Source: an uncultured bacterium (GTDB lineage Bacteria > Patescibacteriota > JACMRA01). Taken from it: a stretch of 64,000 nucleotides of DNA. This document shows positions 10,107-20,653 of this stretch, piece by piece. Under the pieces are notes generated by a model. It was not told the DNA's origin, did not search any database, and worked only from the letters and a program-made list of their open reading frames with translations. Position numbers and translations under genes: made by a program. The DNA lies in the NCBI GenBank assembly GCA_963704645.1, contig OY969926.1, positions 480,001-544,000 on the forward strand. The letters are read 5' to 3'. The number at the start of each line of letters is the position of its first letter. Positions within the stretch are counted from its first letter, which is position 1.

Positions 10107-10781
10107 ATGCAGAAATTAAGAGTTCAGCCTTCGCTACTAGAATATTCCATTGAAAGCTTAAAAAATAAATTGGATAATATTATTCTTAAAGAGTCAAAAT
10201 TTATACAGCTTAGCAATCAAAATACTATTTGTTTGCATTTAGATTTGGTAATGAAATATTTCGCAAGGGAAAGATCAATCTTAGCCAGTTTATCTTTTTC
10301 TTCAGTTTGGGAAATTATTTTTACAAAACTATCTGATAAAAACTTAAATTTAAGTATTCATTTTATGGGCATTGAAGAAGATATTGCTAATATTTACAAT
10401 TTCTTAGAGCAAATTAAAATACCCAAGAGTTGGAATGTAATAATGTATCTTCCAACAAAATATGCAACAAGCTATCAGCCAATTTTAGCTAGAAATAATT
10501 TACAAATTGGAGAATGGTACAATTTAGATCAACTAAAAAACTTTGAATCTAAAGATAGTATAAATGAATATTTACTACTTACCGTTGATGCAGGTAAATC
10601 TGGGCAGAAAAAAACAGCTTGGGCTAATAAAATATCTAGAAATGTTGTAAAAAACAACCCGAATAAAAACTTTTTATTAGACGGTGGCTGGAAAATTGGA
10701 AGTAAAGGTCAGCAAAATAGCCAAATGGTTAGCTATAGCAGTTTCTGGAAGCTTTTCGACGAAAATCAGCAGAGGATATAA
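10107..10781 (+). CDS. Divergent ribulose-phosphate 3-epimerase-like protein
   Basis: PSLL, HLDL, IHFM, TVDAGKSGQ, LDGG. Confidence 0.7.
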   Translation: MQKLRVQPSLLEYSIESLKNKLDNIILKESKFIQLSNQNTICLHLDLVMKYFARERSILASLSFSSVWEIIFTKLSDKNLNLSIHFMGIEEDIANIYNFLEQIKIPKSWNVIMYLPTKYATSYQPILARNNLQIGEWYNLDQLKNFESKDSINEYLLLTVDAGKSGQKKTAWANKISRNVVKNNPNKNFLLDGGWKIGSKGQQNSQMVSYSSFWKLFDENQQRI

Positions 10782-10788
10782 TAAAAAC

Positions 10789-10986
10789 TTAATCCTGATT
10801 TCCAAGGTCAATTAACTTATTTTCCATTTCAGATAGTTCTTTTTCTATCTCTTTTTTAAGTTTTAAAGCTTCCTCTAATAAAGGCATGCTTTCACTTAAA
10901 CTTATTTTCTTCTCTCTTAATAAAGTTTGTATTTCCTGAAGTCTAAGTAGCTTTTGCTCTAAGTTTAATTTATTTAAGGTACTCAT
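10789..10986 (-). CDS. xseB: Exodeoxyribonuclease VII small subunit
   Basis: LEQKLLRLQEI...ISLSESMPLLEEALKL pattern and size. Confidence 0.75.
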   Translation of the reverse strand: MSTLNKLNLEQKLLRLQEIQTLLREKKISLSESMPLLEEALKLKKEIEKELSEMENKLIDLGNQD

Positions 10987-11716
10987 CAAGCTTAGCTTTA
11001 ACTTGTGTAATGTCTGCTCTACCGCTCCACCAGTCTACAATTTTACCATCTTTAATTAAAACAGTGGTTGGCGTTCCGCCAAGTTCACCTACAGCCTTTT
11101 CTTGTCCGCTAAGTGTACTTTTAGGAAATTGTGATTCATTGAAATCGGCTTGATCAATTTGAACTTCTCTTTCAGCTAATCTACTGCCTCTATCTTTATC
11201 AAACTTCTCTATATCAATATTTAATTCCTTAGCCCAAACAGAAAAATTAGAAGGTGAGAAACCATTAGTTTGTCTGCTAAGTAAAATGTCTCCAAACTCA
11301 AAAGCTTTGTCTTGTCTGGCAGCTGCCTGAATAGCTTTTGCTGCAGATTCAGCGTAAACGTGAGCACTTACAATTGGGTAGTGTTTATATACAAATTGAA
11401 TTTTATCTTTGTACTCAGTTTTTAACTGTGTCATGTTTTCTTGGTTAGCAGCACAAACAGGGCATTGATAATCTACAAAATATACTAATTTTAAACTTGC
11501 ATCTGCTTTACCTAAGGTTGGGTTAAAAGTTCTAACTAAAGGTATGCTAGTTTTGGTGGTTTCCTTTAAATTGTCATTGGTAACTCCAGATAAATTTATA
11601 TTTACAAGGTTAAATATCACTAAGCCAATTCCTAAAACTGACAAAAATTTAAGTATTCCTGGAAGAAAATGCCATAATGTTTGGCCTAAGTTTTCTTCGC
11701 TGTAAGATTTATTCAT
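10970..11716 (-). CDS. DsbA-family thiol-disulfide oxidoreductase
   Basis: DYQCPVC, YKHYPI, GTPT; N-terminal TM helix. Confidence 0.9.
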   Translation of the reverse strand: MNKSYSEENLGQTLWHFLPGILKFLSVLGIGLVIFNLVNINLSGVTNDNLKETTKTSIPLVRTFNPTLGKADASLKLVYFVDYQCPVCAANQENMTQLKTEYKDKIQFVYKHYPIVSAHVYAESAAKAIQAAARQDKAFEFGDILLSRQTNGFSPSNFSVWAKELNIDIEKFDKDRGSRLAEREVQIDQADFNESQFPKSTLSGQEKAVGELGGTPTTVLIKDGKIVDWWSGRADITQVKAKLDEYLK

Positions 11717-11805
11717 AATAAAGTTTTTGGTACTAATTTTTTAAGCTGTCAAGATTTTAAGTGCCATAGATTGACAATAAAACCTTGTAAAAACAAAGTT
11801 AAACA

Positions 11806-12891
11806 GTGATTAAAACCAGTTTTCAAGAAGATCAAAGTGGTAACAATTTTAAAAAAACTCAAGGCAATGAGGAATTAATTACCGATCAGAAAAGGCCCGT
11901 TAAAACTCAGCCTTGGTGGGAAAATGAAGAAGAAAGTTTAGAACTTCGCCCACAAGCCCTATCTCACTATATAGGGCAGGAAAAACTGCGTCGTCAGTTG
12001 CAGCTTATTTTAGATTCGGCCAAAATCAGAGAAACCTTACCAGAGCATATTTTGTTTTTTGGGCCGCCAGGACTAGGTAAAACCACCCTTTCCAATTTAA
12101 TTTCTAAAGAATTAGAAGTAGGTTTTAAAATGGTTACTGCTCCCAGTCTGCAAAAAATTGGCGATGTAGTTAGCTTATTAGTAAATTTAGAGCCAAATTC
12201 GGTTTTATTTATAGATGAAATTCATAGGTTAAAAGCACCTTTAGAAGAAATTTTGTACATGGCTATGGAAGACAGAAAAGTAGATTTAATGATTGGAAAA
12301 GGGCAGGGTTCTACCGTAACCCAGCTAGATTTACCACCGTTTGTGCTAGTTGGAGCAACAACTCAATTGGGTAAGTTGTCTAAACCTTTGAAAGATAGAT
12401 TCCCTAATATTTTTCAGCTAGAACCATATAATCAGGAAGAAATTTTAGGTATTTTAGAACGTTCGGCTAATATTTTAAAAGTAGATATTCAGCCCGAAGC
12501 CATGTTTTTACTGGCCAAAAGAAGTAGGGGTGTGCCAAGAATTGCTAATCATATTTTAAAAAGATTCAGAGATCTAAAAGTTGTAAAATCGGCCCAAATT
12601 GTTGATATTGGTGTTGCCAAAGTGTTTTTAGAAGAAGTTGGAATTCACGAATTTGGTCTAACTAATTCCGATTTAAAATACCTAGAAAGTTTATTAGATG
12701 GGAGCTTGGCCTTAAAAACTTTGTCAGGCAAATTGGTAGAAGAAATAGAAACCTTAGAAATGGTTACAGAACCATATTTAATATTCCTAGGCTTCTTAGA
12801 TAAAGATTCTGCAGGAAGGAAGCTAACACCCAAAGGCAGAGAGTTTATTACCAGGTTTTTAGCAGGGAAGGAAGTGGGGGCGGGGAATTAA
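11806..12891 (+). CDS. ruvB: Holliday junction helicase RuvB
   Basis: LRP..YIGQ, GPPGLGKTT, FIDEIHRL, GATT, SRGVPRIAN. Confidence 0.97.
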   Translation: MIKTSFQEDQSGNNFKKTQGNEELITDQKRPVKTQPWWENEEESLELRPQALSHYIGQEKLRRQLQLILDSAKIRETLPEHILFFGPPGLGKTTLSNLISKELEVGFKMVTAPSLQKIGDVVSLLVNLEPNSVLFIDEIHRLKAPLEEILYMAMEDRKVDLMIGKGQGSTVTQLDLPPFVLVGATTQLGKLSKPLKDRFPNIFQLEPYNQEEILGILERSANILKVDIQPEAMFLLAKRSRGVPRIANHILKRFRDLKVVKSAQIVDIGVAKVFLEEVGIHEFGLTNSDLKYLESLLDGSLALKTLSGKLVEEIETLEMVTEPYLIFLGFLDKDSAGRKLTPKGREFITRFLAGKEVGAGN

Positions 12892-13078
12892 GAGAATAAT
12901 TTATGTCACTATTTAACAAGTGGAAATAGTTGGAAAAAGATTTTTAGATTTTGGTTTAATGTTGAGTGTTAAAAAAAGTAGTAAGTTTTATTTAGAATAT
13001 TCAGAATCATAGATGTAAATGATACTCGAGGAATTAGAAAATATAATTAACTATAAAAGTGATTACTAAATTAAATTT

Positions 13079-13525
13079 ATGACCAAGCAACAATTAAGAG
13101 TACTTAAACTCCTTTATAAGACAAATATAGAACAACCAGATATTATATCTAAATTAACAATTGTATTTGATAACGAATTTATCGGATCGGTTGCTATTCA
13201 AAATGGTGAAACTGGAAAAAAACTTGAGAGAAATATGATGAAAATTTGTTCAAATAATCAACAAAAATTGTCAGAAACTTTAAATTATCTTAGAAACCAA
13301 AACTATATTACTTTAAAATTAAATGAAGAAAGATTTTCGTTAAATATGTATATGTGGATTGGTGGAATAAGTTTTTCCTCTAAAGCAATAGATCTGGTAA
13401 ACAAAAAAACAGATTTTTTGAATGTTATAACTTTTCTACTAAAGCATTTGTGGGAGTTTTTACTTGCCTTGCTTTCAGGAGGTGTGCTGGTTGCTTTTTT
13501 AAATGATCAAATGAAATTATTCTAA
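13079..13525 (+). CDS. Hypothetical protein with C-terminal TM helix
   Basis: ORF only. Confidence 0.6.
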   Translation: MTKQQLRVLKLLYKTNIEQPDIISKLTIVFDNEFIGSVAIQNGETGKKLERNMMKICSNNQQKLSETLNYLRNQNYITLKLNEERFSLNMYMWIGGISFSSKAIDLVNKKTDFLNVITFLLKHLWEFLLALLSGGVLVAFLNDQMKLF

Positions 13526-13693
13526 TATTTATTTATTTGGAGGCTTATAAAAAACGATCTGGCAATTAAGGTGGTTTAAGGTGTAAAATTCGCAGTATTT
13601 AATTTTTTTAAAATTAACTTTTAGAAGTAGCTAATTGAATTTCCTCATTGTGCATCTTGACAAAACTAGGCTGGAAAGGCTTTTTTAAAGAAC

Positions 13694-15136
13694 ATGGCCA
13701 GTGCTACTAATCAGAAATTTGAAACAGACATTTTATACATTTTAGACTATCTTATTCCTAAAGATGAATATCAAACTTGGAAAAAACGATTAACTAACCA
13801 ATTGCTTTCCACCGTAGAAGTTCCAGGTTTCAGAAAAGGTAAAGCCCCAGAACATTTAGCTAAGAAATATATTAATGAGCAAGCTTTTGTTCAAACTATC
13901 TTAAGCGAAACTGTAGATAAATATTCCAAGGAGGGTGTAGCCCTAATTCAAGAAAAAATGAAGGAAGATGGAAGAGTTGTTCTACGTTTAGAAATTGACC
14001 CTAATCCAGAATTATTTGGTGAAAAAGATGATGCTTTCCAGTTTAGAATTAATGCTCATTTATTACCAAACATAGATTTATCTTCAATTGAAACATTAAA
14101 GATAGAAATGCCAGCTGCAAACACTCTTGTTGGCAGACCAACTTTTGATGAATTTAAAAAACAAGAAAAGAGCAGGCTTTTCGCTAATTCCAACGTTTAT
14201 ACAGTTTGCGATGAGGAAGCCAAAGATAATTATCAAGTTATGGCTGATTTAGCAGGAAAAGTAGATGGAGTTCCAGATCCTAAACTAGATGCAATTGGAA
14301 CTAAAATTACTTTAGGCATGGGAAACTATTTACCAGATTTTGAGAAGGGTATGAAAGGTGTTAAGGCAGGTGAGAAAAAAGAATTTAAGGTAAAATTCCC
14401 TGCAGATTATTTTGAAACATTGTTAGCAAATAAAACAGCTGAATTTAAAGTAACTATTCATGAAGTTAGTAAGCCACAATTCGATTCTATTTCTCAAATT
14501 ATTGAAGATAATCAAGAATTAAAAACTCAATTTAAAGATGAAGCAGGTTTTGATAACTTTTTAGAAAAGTTTTACGCAGACGACACAGCTAGATTAACCG
14601 AAGAGGCCTGGCAAAAATCTATTGTGAAGAAAGTTGTGCAAATTGTTCCAGACTTCCAACTAGATAATGATGGTGTTGAAGCTGAGACAAACAGAATTTT
14701 TAATGCTTTAGCAGTTGATGCTGAAAAAGAAAAGGTAACTTTAGGTGAAATGCTTATAAAAGCTGGAATTCCAGTGGAAAACGAAAGTAAAGTAAAAAGC
14801 TTAGATTCCATTCAAGTTAAGAAAGAAGTAGAGAAATATGTTAGAAATGAATTTAAATTAAGTAATATTTTAACTGCAGCTAACGAATTAAAAGTTTTAA
14901 ACAAGCCTTCTAACCAAGAAATTGACACCACAGTAAACGATGCAATAAGAAACCCTGATAAGTACAATTTACAAAGCGGACAAAATGAAGATGAAATAAG
15001 AACAACCATAATTGACAGAATTATACGTCAAGCTGGTGCAAAATGGATTTTTGATACCGTTCGCAAAAATTTAAAACAAGATTCAATAATGGAAACTATT
15101 AAAGATATAGCTTCCACGCCTAAAACCAAAAAGTAG
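13694..15136 (+). CDS. tig: Trigger factor
   Basis: VPGFRKGKAP signature; FKBP domain (FPADY). Confidence 0.95.
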   Translation: MASATNQKFETDILYILDYLIPKDEYQTWKKRLTNQLLSTVEVPGFRKGKAPEHLAKKYINEQAFVQTILSETVDKYSKEGVALIQEKMKEDGRVVLRLEIDPNPELFGEKDDAFQFRINAHLLPNIDLSSIETLKIEMPAANTLVGRPTFDEFKKQEKSRLFANSNVYTVCDEEAKDNYQVMADLAGKVDGVPDPKLDAIGTKITLGMGNYLPDFEKGMKGVKAGEKKEFKVKFPADYFETLLANKTAEFKVTIHEVSKPQFDSISQIIEDNQELKTQFKDEAGFDNFLEKFYADDTARLTEEAWQKSIVKKVVQIVPDFQLDNDGVEAETNRIFNALAVDAEKEKVTLGEMLIKAGIPVENESKVKSLDSIQVKKEVEKYVRNEFKLSNILTAANELKVLNKPSNQEIDTTVNDAIRNPDKYNLQSGQNEDEIRTTIIDRIIRQAGAKWIFDTVRKNLKQDSIMETIKDIASTPKTKK

Positions 15137-15251
15137 AAAGCCCCAACACCTTCACTTAAGTTTTGCCCTGTTACCCACAGGGTTTTATTTATTTTTGCCA
15201 AAACTAAAATGATATTGTATAATTGAATAAATATAAAAACAAAAATAAAAT

Positions 15252-16586
15252 ATGTTTAATTCTCCAAAAAACTTTTTGAAAGTCCCTTTCTATTCTATAG
15301 TGATTTTCACATTAGGTATTCTTTCACTTTTTACTCTAACACCTGAAGTTAACGCTCAATCCCAAGTATCTCTGTATCCTGGGCAAGTAGGGGTTTTCAC
15401 TTTGAAATATATTAACGCTGGAGACAGTGATGCAATAGCAAGCGCAGTAACTACAGTTTCACTTAACGATAAGTTAGAATACGTTCCTGGGTTTTTAACT
15501 GAAACTTTTGGTGGAGGTGCTACCAACTGTATTGCTGACGCTGTAGGAGGAGGAATTATAACTACTAGCGGATCTGCAACTAATATTTCTTATAGACCAA
15601 GGTCTGCAACTACTACAGCCGCCCCTTGTGGTGGTTCTGGAAGTGCTGGCGCGTCTACAATCACTGCAGCTCCTGAAGCTACTCCTGGAGATCAAGCTAC
15701 ATGGCCAGCCGCAAAGACAGGTGTAATTACATTTAGAGCTAGATTGAAAGACAACCAAAACTTAAATGCAGGAGATGTAGTAAATTTCGCAATTATCGGT
15801 GAAACCACTTTAGATGGAGGATCGGGTGGAGCAGCCTCTTTAAGAATAGGAGTTTTAGCAGTGCCAACTACTCCATTAGTTACAGCAGACATTCTTGGTT
15901 TAACCGTTACTTGCGCTTCCGCTCAAATTAATTCAACTACAACTTGTAATTTTACTCTACCTGATGGCAAAACTCTTCCTTCAGATATGACTTTTAGTAT
16001 TGGAAACTCTACAACCCAGGGTAATGCTTGTACAGCTAGTGGTGCAGCAGTTACTTGTACAGGGGTCCCAACCGGGTCTTTACCAGGTCAACAAATTATA
16101 TTCGGTAAAATTGGCTCTGACGCTAAAACAGATACAGGTGAAAAAGTAAACATTTTAACAGTTCCTCTTACTCCATTAGTTACAGTAGACATTCCTGGTT
16201 TAACCGTAACTTGCGCATCCGCTCAAATTAATTCAACTACAACTTGTAACTTTACTTTACCTGATGGGAAAAGCCTTCCTTCAGATATGACTTTTAGTGT
16301 AGGAAATTCTACAACACAAAGTAATCCTTGTACAGCAAATGGTACTGCAGTTACTTGTACTGGTGTGCCAACTGGATCTTTACCAGGTCAACAAATTATA
16401 TTTGGTAAAATTGGCTCTGACGCTAAAACAGATACAGGTGAAAAAGTAAACATTTTAACAGTTCCTGTTGTTCTTCCAAGAACTGGTGGTGAAGGATATA
16501 TATTACTTGGAGTAATAGGTATTTCTGGTCTTATTGCTGGTAGTTTATTTGCAATCTCAAGAAAGAAGAAAGTTAAAGTAAATTAA
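15252..16586 (+). CDS. Surface protein with two 100-aa repeats and an LPRTG sorting signal
   Basis: Signal peptide; 300-nt tandem repeat (15870/16170); LPRTGG-TM-RKKK tail. Confidence 0.85.
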   Translation: MFNSPKNFLKVPFYSIVIFTLGILSLFTLTPEVNAQSQVSLYPGQVGVFTLKYINAGDSDAIASAVTTVSLNDKLEYVPGFLTETFGGGATNCIADAVGGGIITTSGSATNISYRPRSATTTAAPCGGSGSAGASTITAAPEATPGDQATWPAAKTGVITFRARLKDNQNLNAGDVVNFAIIGETTLDGGSGGAASLRIGVLAVPTTPLVTADILGLTVTCASAQINSTTTCNFTLPDGKTLPSDMTFSIGNSTTQGNACTASGAAVTCTGVPTGSLPGQQIIFGKIGSDAKTDTGEKVNILTVPLTPLVTVDIPGLTVTCASAQINSTTTCNFTLPDGKSLPSDMTFSVGNSTTQSNPCTANGTAVTCTGVPTGSLPGQQIIFGKIGSDAKTDTGEKVNILTVPVVLPRTGGEGYILLGVIGISGLIAGSLFAISRKKKVKVN

Positions 16587-16605
16587 ACTAAGCTCATTGA
16601 ATAAC

Positions 16606-17322
16606 TTAGTTGGTAGCAACAAAAGTTTGCTTATATTCTTCAATTTGCTGTTTTAAATTATCGTTTAAATTGCTGTAAGTGTATTTTGGTAATTCAAAAG
16701 TATTAATTTTGTTAATTGGCCAATATTTAATATTTTCTTGTCCAAAAATTGAATAGACTGGAAAAGCTCCCACTTTCCTTGAATCAGTACTATTTGTACG
16801 GTTATCCCCCAATAAGAAATATGTATCAGGTAAAATTTTGGTTTTAGGATAATAAAATTTAGTTAAGTCTTCACTAATTTTAATTTCAGGTGCTATGTAA
16901 TCTTCTGAGATAGAAACACCGTTTGGAAATTCTTGATTGTAAATTATAATTTTGCTTCCAACCATTTCAATTTCCTCTCCAGGTAATCCTATAACTCTTT
17001 TTAGAAAAAATACGGTTTTAGGGTCAAACCTGGTAAAATAGTTTGCAGTTTTGGCAATATCTTTGTCCTCATATACAGCTACTACTTGGCCTCTTTTAAA
17101 GTTTTTATCAATTTGGTTTATTAACAACATGTCTTTATCGTAATAATTAGGTTGCATGCTTGCACCTTGTACACTAACTTGTTGGTAAACAAAAACTCTA
17201 AGTATTAGCAAAACTATAACAATTAACCACATAACGCTCCAAAAGCCATCAGATATTTTAATTATTTTAGTACCTATGGAGGTTTTATTTTGATTGTTAC
17301 TATTGTTATCCATATTGTTCAT
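16606..17322 (-). CDS. lepB: Signal peptidase I
   Basis: GASMQPN, KRVIGLPG, GDNRTNSTDSR; the ORF-track TTG start is a -35 box. Confidence 0.95.
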   Translation of the reverse strand: MNNMDNNSNNQNKTSIGTKIIKISDGFWSVMWLIVIVLLILRVFVYQQVSVQGASMQPNYYDKDMLLINQIDKNFKRGQVVAVYEDKDIAKTANYFTRFDPKTVFFLKRVIGLPGEEIEMVGSKIIIYNQEFPNGVSISEDYIAPEIKISEDLTKFYYPKTKILPDTYFLLGDNRTNSTDSRKVGAFPVYSIFGQENIKYWPINKINTFELPKYTYSNLNDNLKQQIEEYKQTFVATN

Positions 17323-17420
17323 ACTAATGAAAATATTTTTCACAGTATCTTTTGTCAATTTACTAAGCTTTACAAAAATAATTATAAGTTAGAATAATAT
17401 ATATTATGTTTAAATGGTTT

Positions 17421-17511
17421 GGAAAAGTGCCAGAGTGGTTGAACGGGACGTTCTCGAAAAACGTTGTACCTTTAAAAAGTACCGAGGGTTCGAATCCCTC
17501 CTTTTCCGCCA
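17421..17511 (+). tRNA. tRNA-Ser(CGA)
   Basis: Anticodon arm ACGTT-CTCGAAA-AACGT; long variable arm; G73; CCA. Confidence 0.97.
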
Positions 17512-17549
17512 ACAACAAAAATAAAAAATTTAATGATAATCTTATTTTG

Positions 17550-18401
17550 ATGTTATCATTCTTTGATAAAAATCGCCATTGGTGGGTTTCAATTGTAGTT
17601 ACCATTTTCACAGTATTTTTCTTTCTAACAATTAATTCTCCACAACTATTTTTGCAATTTGAGTTTTTTAATCAAAGATGGCTTGGTTTAACAATTTTGT
17701 CAGTGTCACTGGTTTTTATATGGTTTACTAGTAGAACTAAGTTTTGGAGTACTTGGCGTTCTTTTTCAATTTGGTTTCAAGCTTCTTCTTTGCTTGTTTT
17801 TAGTTTTATATATTATATTAGACTTAATCAAAGCCAGGTGGGTATTGCTGGTTTGAATTTAAATACAAATATAGTATTTATACCTTTAACTGTACTAGTT
17901 TTTATTGTGGTTTACCAGTTATATAACCAGCCAAATTTATCTAGAGTCGTTTTATTATCTACAGTTGGCCTTTATTTTCTACAAACATTTTCAATTATAT
18001 CTTTTGTGATGTTTGATAGAACTAGTTTAAGATTTTTCAATCAAGATTGGATAAGTAAATTTTTTGAAATTAATCCTTTATTTTTAATTTTAATTGTTAG
18101 TACAATTATAGGTTTGGTTTCTACAATTAATTTAAATCTTAAAAAGAATCAGTCTAGAATTTTGGCATGCATTATTTTCAGCAGTATTATTTTCTCTACA
18201 ACTTTAGTTATTCAAGGACTTCCTTTTACTTATTGGTATAAAGTTTTGTTGTCATTGGTTTTATGGGATTTTCTATTCAGACCAATGCACCAAGTTTTTG
18301 AAGGTTTAACAGACCCTAAGTTTTCCGACAAATTATTTGTTTCTTCTGTATACCATGGTCTTTTAAGTATAGTAATAATAATTACAGCATTAATTGCATA
18401 G
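17550..18401 (+). CDS. Polytopic membrane protein
   Basis: Many TM segments; start moved downstream of tRNA-Ser. Confidence 0.75.
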   Translation: MLSFFDKNRHWWVSIVVTIFTVFFFLTINSPQLFLQFEFFNQRWLGLTILSVSLVFIWFTSRTKFWSTWRSFSIWFQASSLLVFSFIYYIRLNQSQVGIAGLNLNTNIVFIPLTVLVFIVVYQLYNQPNLSRVVLLSTVGLYFLQTFSIISFVMFDRTSLRFFNQDWISKFFEINPLFLILIVSTIIGLVSTINLNLKKNQSRILACIIFSSIIFSTTLVIQGLPFTYWYKVLLSLVLWDFLFRPMHQVFEGLTDPKFSDKLFVSSVYHGLLSIVIIITALIA

Positions 18402-18406
18402 TTAAA

Positions 18407-19483
18407 ATGATCAGTAAAATTACCAAATTAAATAAACTTCTACCTTTTGTTGCAATTGGTACCGTTGCAGACTGCCAAAGTGTTTTAGAGCCAACAAACC
18501 GCTTGTTAATAAAGTCTGGTCTACAGGTTTTAAATAAATCTAAACTTTATGATGGTTTAGAAAATCTTATTTCTAACTTAGACTTTAGAGCTAAAATTAA
18601 TTTTGGCTATGCCTTAGATTCTCAAGATCTTGGGTATGTTTTATCTCCTATTCTAAACGCTTCGGGCAGAATATCTCATGCTGAACTGTCCATTAAAACT
18701 TTAATAGGTGCAGATGAAAAAAATGCTACAGACTTAATTGATATAAATACACAAAGGAAAAACATTGTTAAAAGCTATATGGAAGAAATTAATTTAGAAG
18801 TGCTTAATCAAGTTAAATTAAAACAGAAGTTTATATTTTTAATGGGAAGCTGGAATAAAGGAATAGTTGGCTTACTTGCTTCCCGTATTCAAAATCAAAC
18901 AGGCTTGCCCGTAGCTATAGTGTCTTTAGACGAAACCGAAGCTACTGGAAGTTTTCGCGCTCCAGAATCTTATAATTTGCCGTTAATACTTGCTGAATGT
19001 GATCAATTCTTAAAAAAGTTTGGAGGGCATCCCCAAGCTGCTGGCTTTACACTAGACCTAAAGAATTTAGAGGTATTTAAAGAAAAGCTTTATTCAGTAA
19101 TTGATCAAATTAATATTAAAGATATTCCTGTTGATCCAAATTTTAAAAAAATAATTAAACTAAATTATAATGAAGTTAACAGCACTTTGATAAAATCAAT
19201 TTTAAGTTTAGATCCATTTGGACAAGACTTCCCAAGTCCAATAGTTACTATTGCTCAAAACGAAATGAAAGATATGAAATTTGTAGAAATGTCTGGTGGG
19301 AAACATTTAAAAACTAAAATTAACGATGTAGATGTTGCGTTTTTTAATTTAAACGATGAAGTGAGGAGTATTATCAATAACAATCGTACAGGTAATGCAA
19401 ACTTTCAATTTAGTGTAGGTAAAAATTTTTGGAACAAGCAGTATACTTATCAATTAATATTTCAAAACATAAGCATGGTGTAG
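18407..19483 (+). CDS. recJ: RecJ C-terminal half (DHHA1/OB), lacking the DHH catalytic N-terminus
   Basis: AIGTVAD, PILNASGRI, GIVGLLASRI, GGHPQAAG, LDPFG, GKHLK. Confidence 0.85.
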   Translation: MISKITKLNKLLPFVAIGTVADCQSVLEPTNRLLIKSGLQVLNKSKLYDGLENLISNLDFRAKINFGYALDSQDLGYVLSPILNASGRISHAELSIKTLIGADEKNATDLIDINTQRKNIVKSYMEEINLEVLNQVKLKQKFIFLMGSWNKGIVGLLASRIQNQTGLPVAIVSLDETEATGSFRAPESYNLPLILAECDQFLKKFGGHPQAAGFTLDLKNLEVFKEKLYSVIDQINIKDIPVDPNFKKIIKLNYNEVNSTLIKSILSLDPFGQDFPSPIVTIAQNEMKDMKFVEMSGGKHLKTKINDVDVAFFNLNDEVRSIINNNRTGNANFQFSVGKNFWNKQYTYQLIFQNISMV

Positions 19484-19487
19484 TATT

Positions 19488-19844
19488 ATGAAAAAAATAT
19501 CAAACAAGTATTTTTCATTTTATATACCATTGTTCCTAATACTTTTATTTACTTGGTCTATTTTCGGATATGTCCAAGTTGAACTAAACACATATCTTTT
19601 TGCAAAAAATATTCCAACAGTAGAAAAACTTTGCAAAGATAACTCTCTAGAAGCTGATGCAGAGTTCAGATACTTTAAAATATTATTTTATAATAAAGGC
19701 TTAGAAACATCATCTGTATATTGCATATTTACTAACTCTGACCTAAATTTACGTCTAGATATAAATAAAAACAAAGAATGGAGAGTGGTTTTTACAAGCC
19801 AACTAAATAAGGATCGTAGTTGGTATTGGCCATTATATTTTTAA
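19488..19844 (+). CDS. Hypothetical membrane-anchored protein
   Basis: ORF with N-terminal TM helix, operonic spacing. Confidence 0.65.
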   Translation: MKKISNKYFSFYIPLFLILLFTWSIFGYVQVELNTYLFAKNIPTVEKLCKDNSLEADAEFRYFKILFYNKGLETSSVYCIFTNSDLNLRLDINKNKEWRVVFTSQLNKDRSWYWPLYF

Positions 19845-19845
19845 A

Positions 19846-20112
19846 CTAAAACAAATTACTATTTGTGTTGCTATTATCTGGTTTTTGGGTATTGTCTAAA
19901 TTAATTTGACTATTAAAATTGGCAATTGTCCTATTTAAAGCGTCAACAGTAATAATTCCATTTACTAAAAATAAACTAAATAATAGTAATATTACAATTA
20001 GGCTGTTTCTTGGTTTATAGCTTTTGCTATATATATTGAATAAAGCTATGCCAAGTATTATTGCTCCGCAAATCCCAAAAAATAAAAATATATATTTTAA
20101 GAAGTCTAACAT
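19846..20112 (-). CDS. Small two-TM protein
   Basis: ORF with two hydrophobic segments. Confidence 0.6.
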   Translation of the reverse strand: MLDFLKYIFLFFGICGAIILGIALFNIYSKSYKPRNSLIVILLLFSLFLVNGIITVDALNRTIANFNSQINLDNTQKPDNSNTNSNLF

Positions 20113-20129
20113 TAATTATTATTTAATTA

Positions 20130-20477
20130 TTATAAATGCTTCAAAATACCATCTTTCAAGTTTTCGTAGCTTGTTACTCCAGTAAAATTTACTAGCTTTT
20201 CAATTTCACCACCCGAAATTTTTACTAAGAACATTGATGGTATGCTGCGAACACCAAATTCAGCAGACCTATCTGAATCTTGGTCAACGTTAATTTTACC
20301 AATTCTTAAATCTGAAAGCTTAGGATCAGTTTCTTCGCTAACTAACTTAAGTAAAGTTGGCTCCATTTTTACACAAGGTCCGCACCAAGGTGCCCAAAAA
20401 TCAAGCAAAAATAAACCATCTACTTCTTTAAAGCTTTTGTTTGATAAATCAATAATTTTTGGGTTGGCATCAGACAT
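20130..20477 (-). CDS. trxA: Thioredoxin
   Basis: DFWAPWCGPC, KINVD, VRSIP; start moved downstream of tRNA-Val. Confidence 0.93.
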   Translation of the reverse strand: MSDANPKIIDLSNKSFKEVDGLFLLDFWAPWCGPCVKMEPTLLKLVSEETDPKLSDLRIGKINVDQDSDRSAEFGVRSIPSMFLVKISGGEIEKLVNFTGVTSYENLKDGILKHL

Positions 20478-20491
20478 AAAATTTTTTAAAT

Positions 20492-20566
20492 TGGTGGGTG
20501 ATAGAGGATTCGAACCTCTGACCTTTGCCGTGTAAAGGCACTGCGCTACCGCTGCGCCAATCACCC
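20492..20566 (-). tRNA. tRNA-Val(TAC)
   Basis: Cloverleaf; anticodon loop TTTACAC; CCA. Confidence 0.96.
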
Positions 20567-20653
20567 AATTCTCTATTATGTAAAGGATTAGCTTTGTGTT
20601 GTCAAACAATTTTGACATATATTCAATACTCAGATAGATTATAAGTATTCAAT

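Noticed and set aside
17363-17611. ORFs or ORF extensions overlapping tRNAs (also 20242..20535, 45679..45882, 45737..45958)
   Set aside because: Explained by tRNA genes; starts were corrected.
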